Assembly: GCA_002269645.1 (NCBI GenBank)
Contig: NIVC01004032.1
Span: 1 to 63,686 of the forward strand
Reading direction: 5' to 3'
DNA length: 63,686 bases
DNA from: Macrostomum lignano
Lineage: Eukaryota
The notes beneath the pieces were generated by a model that saw only the letters and a list, made by a program, of their open reading frames with translations, was not told the origin of the DNA and did not search any database. This document shows, piece after piece, positions 62,318 through 63,686 of this stretch; positions within the stretch are counted from its first letter, which is position 1, and every line of letters starts with the position of its first letter. A program made the position numbers and the translations under genes.

Positions 62318-63686
62318 TCTATGACATCGAGAATTAGAGCGCGCCATTGAATTTCTCGTAAAATTGTGATTGAATGCTAATGCAAATAAAGTAATTTTAA
62401 TTCAGCTCATATTTAATTTAAATAACTTAATTTCAAAGCAAACGTTCTTCCTATTTGTCGTGTAATTTGCGGCCGCTTTGAGGCTTTGTCATTGGAGGAT
62501 CATCATGCGGCGGGGATGAGGTGGGAACAGTTAAGGGGTGTGGGGAACGAATAAAATTAATGAGCTATGTTAGACTGTGTTAGATTTCCCGCGGGGATCT
62601 AATCAGACCAATAAGTCGACATCACAGACCAATGAGTGTTCTGTAAATCTAAAAGATTGCTTGCTTCTTCCCGTGGCCCCAAGTGTTACTTGCATACATT
62701 CGTATTGGTGCAGTGAAGTAAAGGTCTTACAAAGCTGTTTGCTCATAGAGTAGTGTCCTATGCCCTACTTATAGTAGGCACAAGACAACACGTTTAAACT
62801 TCGGAAGACTAATAATGCATTATAATGTACAACAAAATTCCAAGTCTGATTTTTACACGATGAAGAAGTCGATATTTCAACACCCTTGATTAAACCAGGA
62901 CTCAAATTTCCCTAATTTGCATCCCAGCTGCATAGCAACATATTTTCCCTTGGATACCATTGTTTCTATCACCTCAGCTGTTCCCATTAAGGATTATGAT
63001 GTCCCAGATTGCACATTAAAGCGAACTGACTACATTTTAAGCAAAAAAAACGTATTCGTTATGCCAATAATCGGCAAAATGCAATCAATAGATTTATCCA
63101 TGACAAAGATCAATATCCTTAGTCAAGCATTTGATTAACGAGTTCAAAATTTTAACAGCAGACAAGACGTTAAATTTCTATGCAACACTTTAAAATTTGC
63201 ACTTTAAACAGCCAGTGCAGAAATAGTCGTATACAAGAAAAAATAATTTGTTACTATGCGGTTGGACTGCTAGGGTAACAAATTCACAAGGAGTCTGTTC
63301 GCCTGCAAGCCAAATTAAATAAGGTTGGGGACTTTAGAGGTTTAATTTGGCCTAGACCGTTGTATTAAGAAGATACCTATTAGTAGGTAAAACATCATGA
63401 AATGAAATGAACATAAAATACCATTTATCTAAAAAGTACCGATTCCAAAGCTCTATAAGTCTTTGAAGGCGACCTCAAGTTACGCTTTTATAAGCCATAT
63501 AAAATTTATTTGCCTGAGAAAGGCTAATGCGCAGTTCATACTACTGAGTAGTATTCTGCATACATGTGGGTCGCCAATTAGGCTAACAGTCGAGTGCTTG
63601 GCGACCCGGAGGTTAGCCGACCCATTTTAGTACGCGGCCGCGACCAGGCGCATAACCTCTGATCAAGCGACCCTTTGGCGACCATG

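Larger units (their letters stand above)
53358..63686. mobile_element. Putative DNA transposon (CACTA/EnSpm-like, probably non-autonomous) in an SDR intron; right end outside the window
   Basis: Abrupt start CACCCGG at the end of the minisatellite. GGTCGC-rich at 53375-53480 and GCGACC-rich at 63570-63686 (atggtcgcc vs ggcgaccat). Internal tandem arrays and a DUF4806-like gene. No transposase or TSD is visible. Confidence 0.4.

Noticed and set aside
62917-63138. 73-aa ORF as a possible transposase C-terminus
   Set aside because: There is no upstream coding continuity and no catalytic motif.

Overview
Metazoan (eukaryotic, spliced) genomic DNA with GC-rich exons and introns filled with minisatellites. 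The style resembles a flatworm such as Macrostomum, but that is inference only. In order along the window: a tetraspanin exon (-), a 587-bp MITE with an 8-bp TSD, a complete M6/proteolipid gene (+), a fibrinogen-domain gene (+), and a ~33-kb divergent IP3-receptor-like channel gene (-, 47088 to 13940). The channel gene carries in its introns a recent Ty3/Gypsy LTR element, a 3'-truncated actin copy joined directly to a channel exon, and a small antisense gene for a secreted, strongly cationic peptide. After it come an intact actin paralog (+) with four CArG boxes, the 3' half of an SDR dehydrogenase (-), and a probable DNA transposon with an intact 5-exon DUF4806-like gene and a 183-bp satellite. 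No CRISPR array, rRNA or convincing tRNA was seen. The best leads are the actin::channel junction (one base from an in-frame fusion), the nested cationic peptide, and the altered filter and ligand pocket of the channel. Several single-base frameshifts at G/C runs suggest uncorrected long-read errors, so junctions and frameshifts need read-level confirmation. Family assignments come from remembered motifs; no searches were run.
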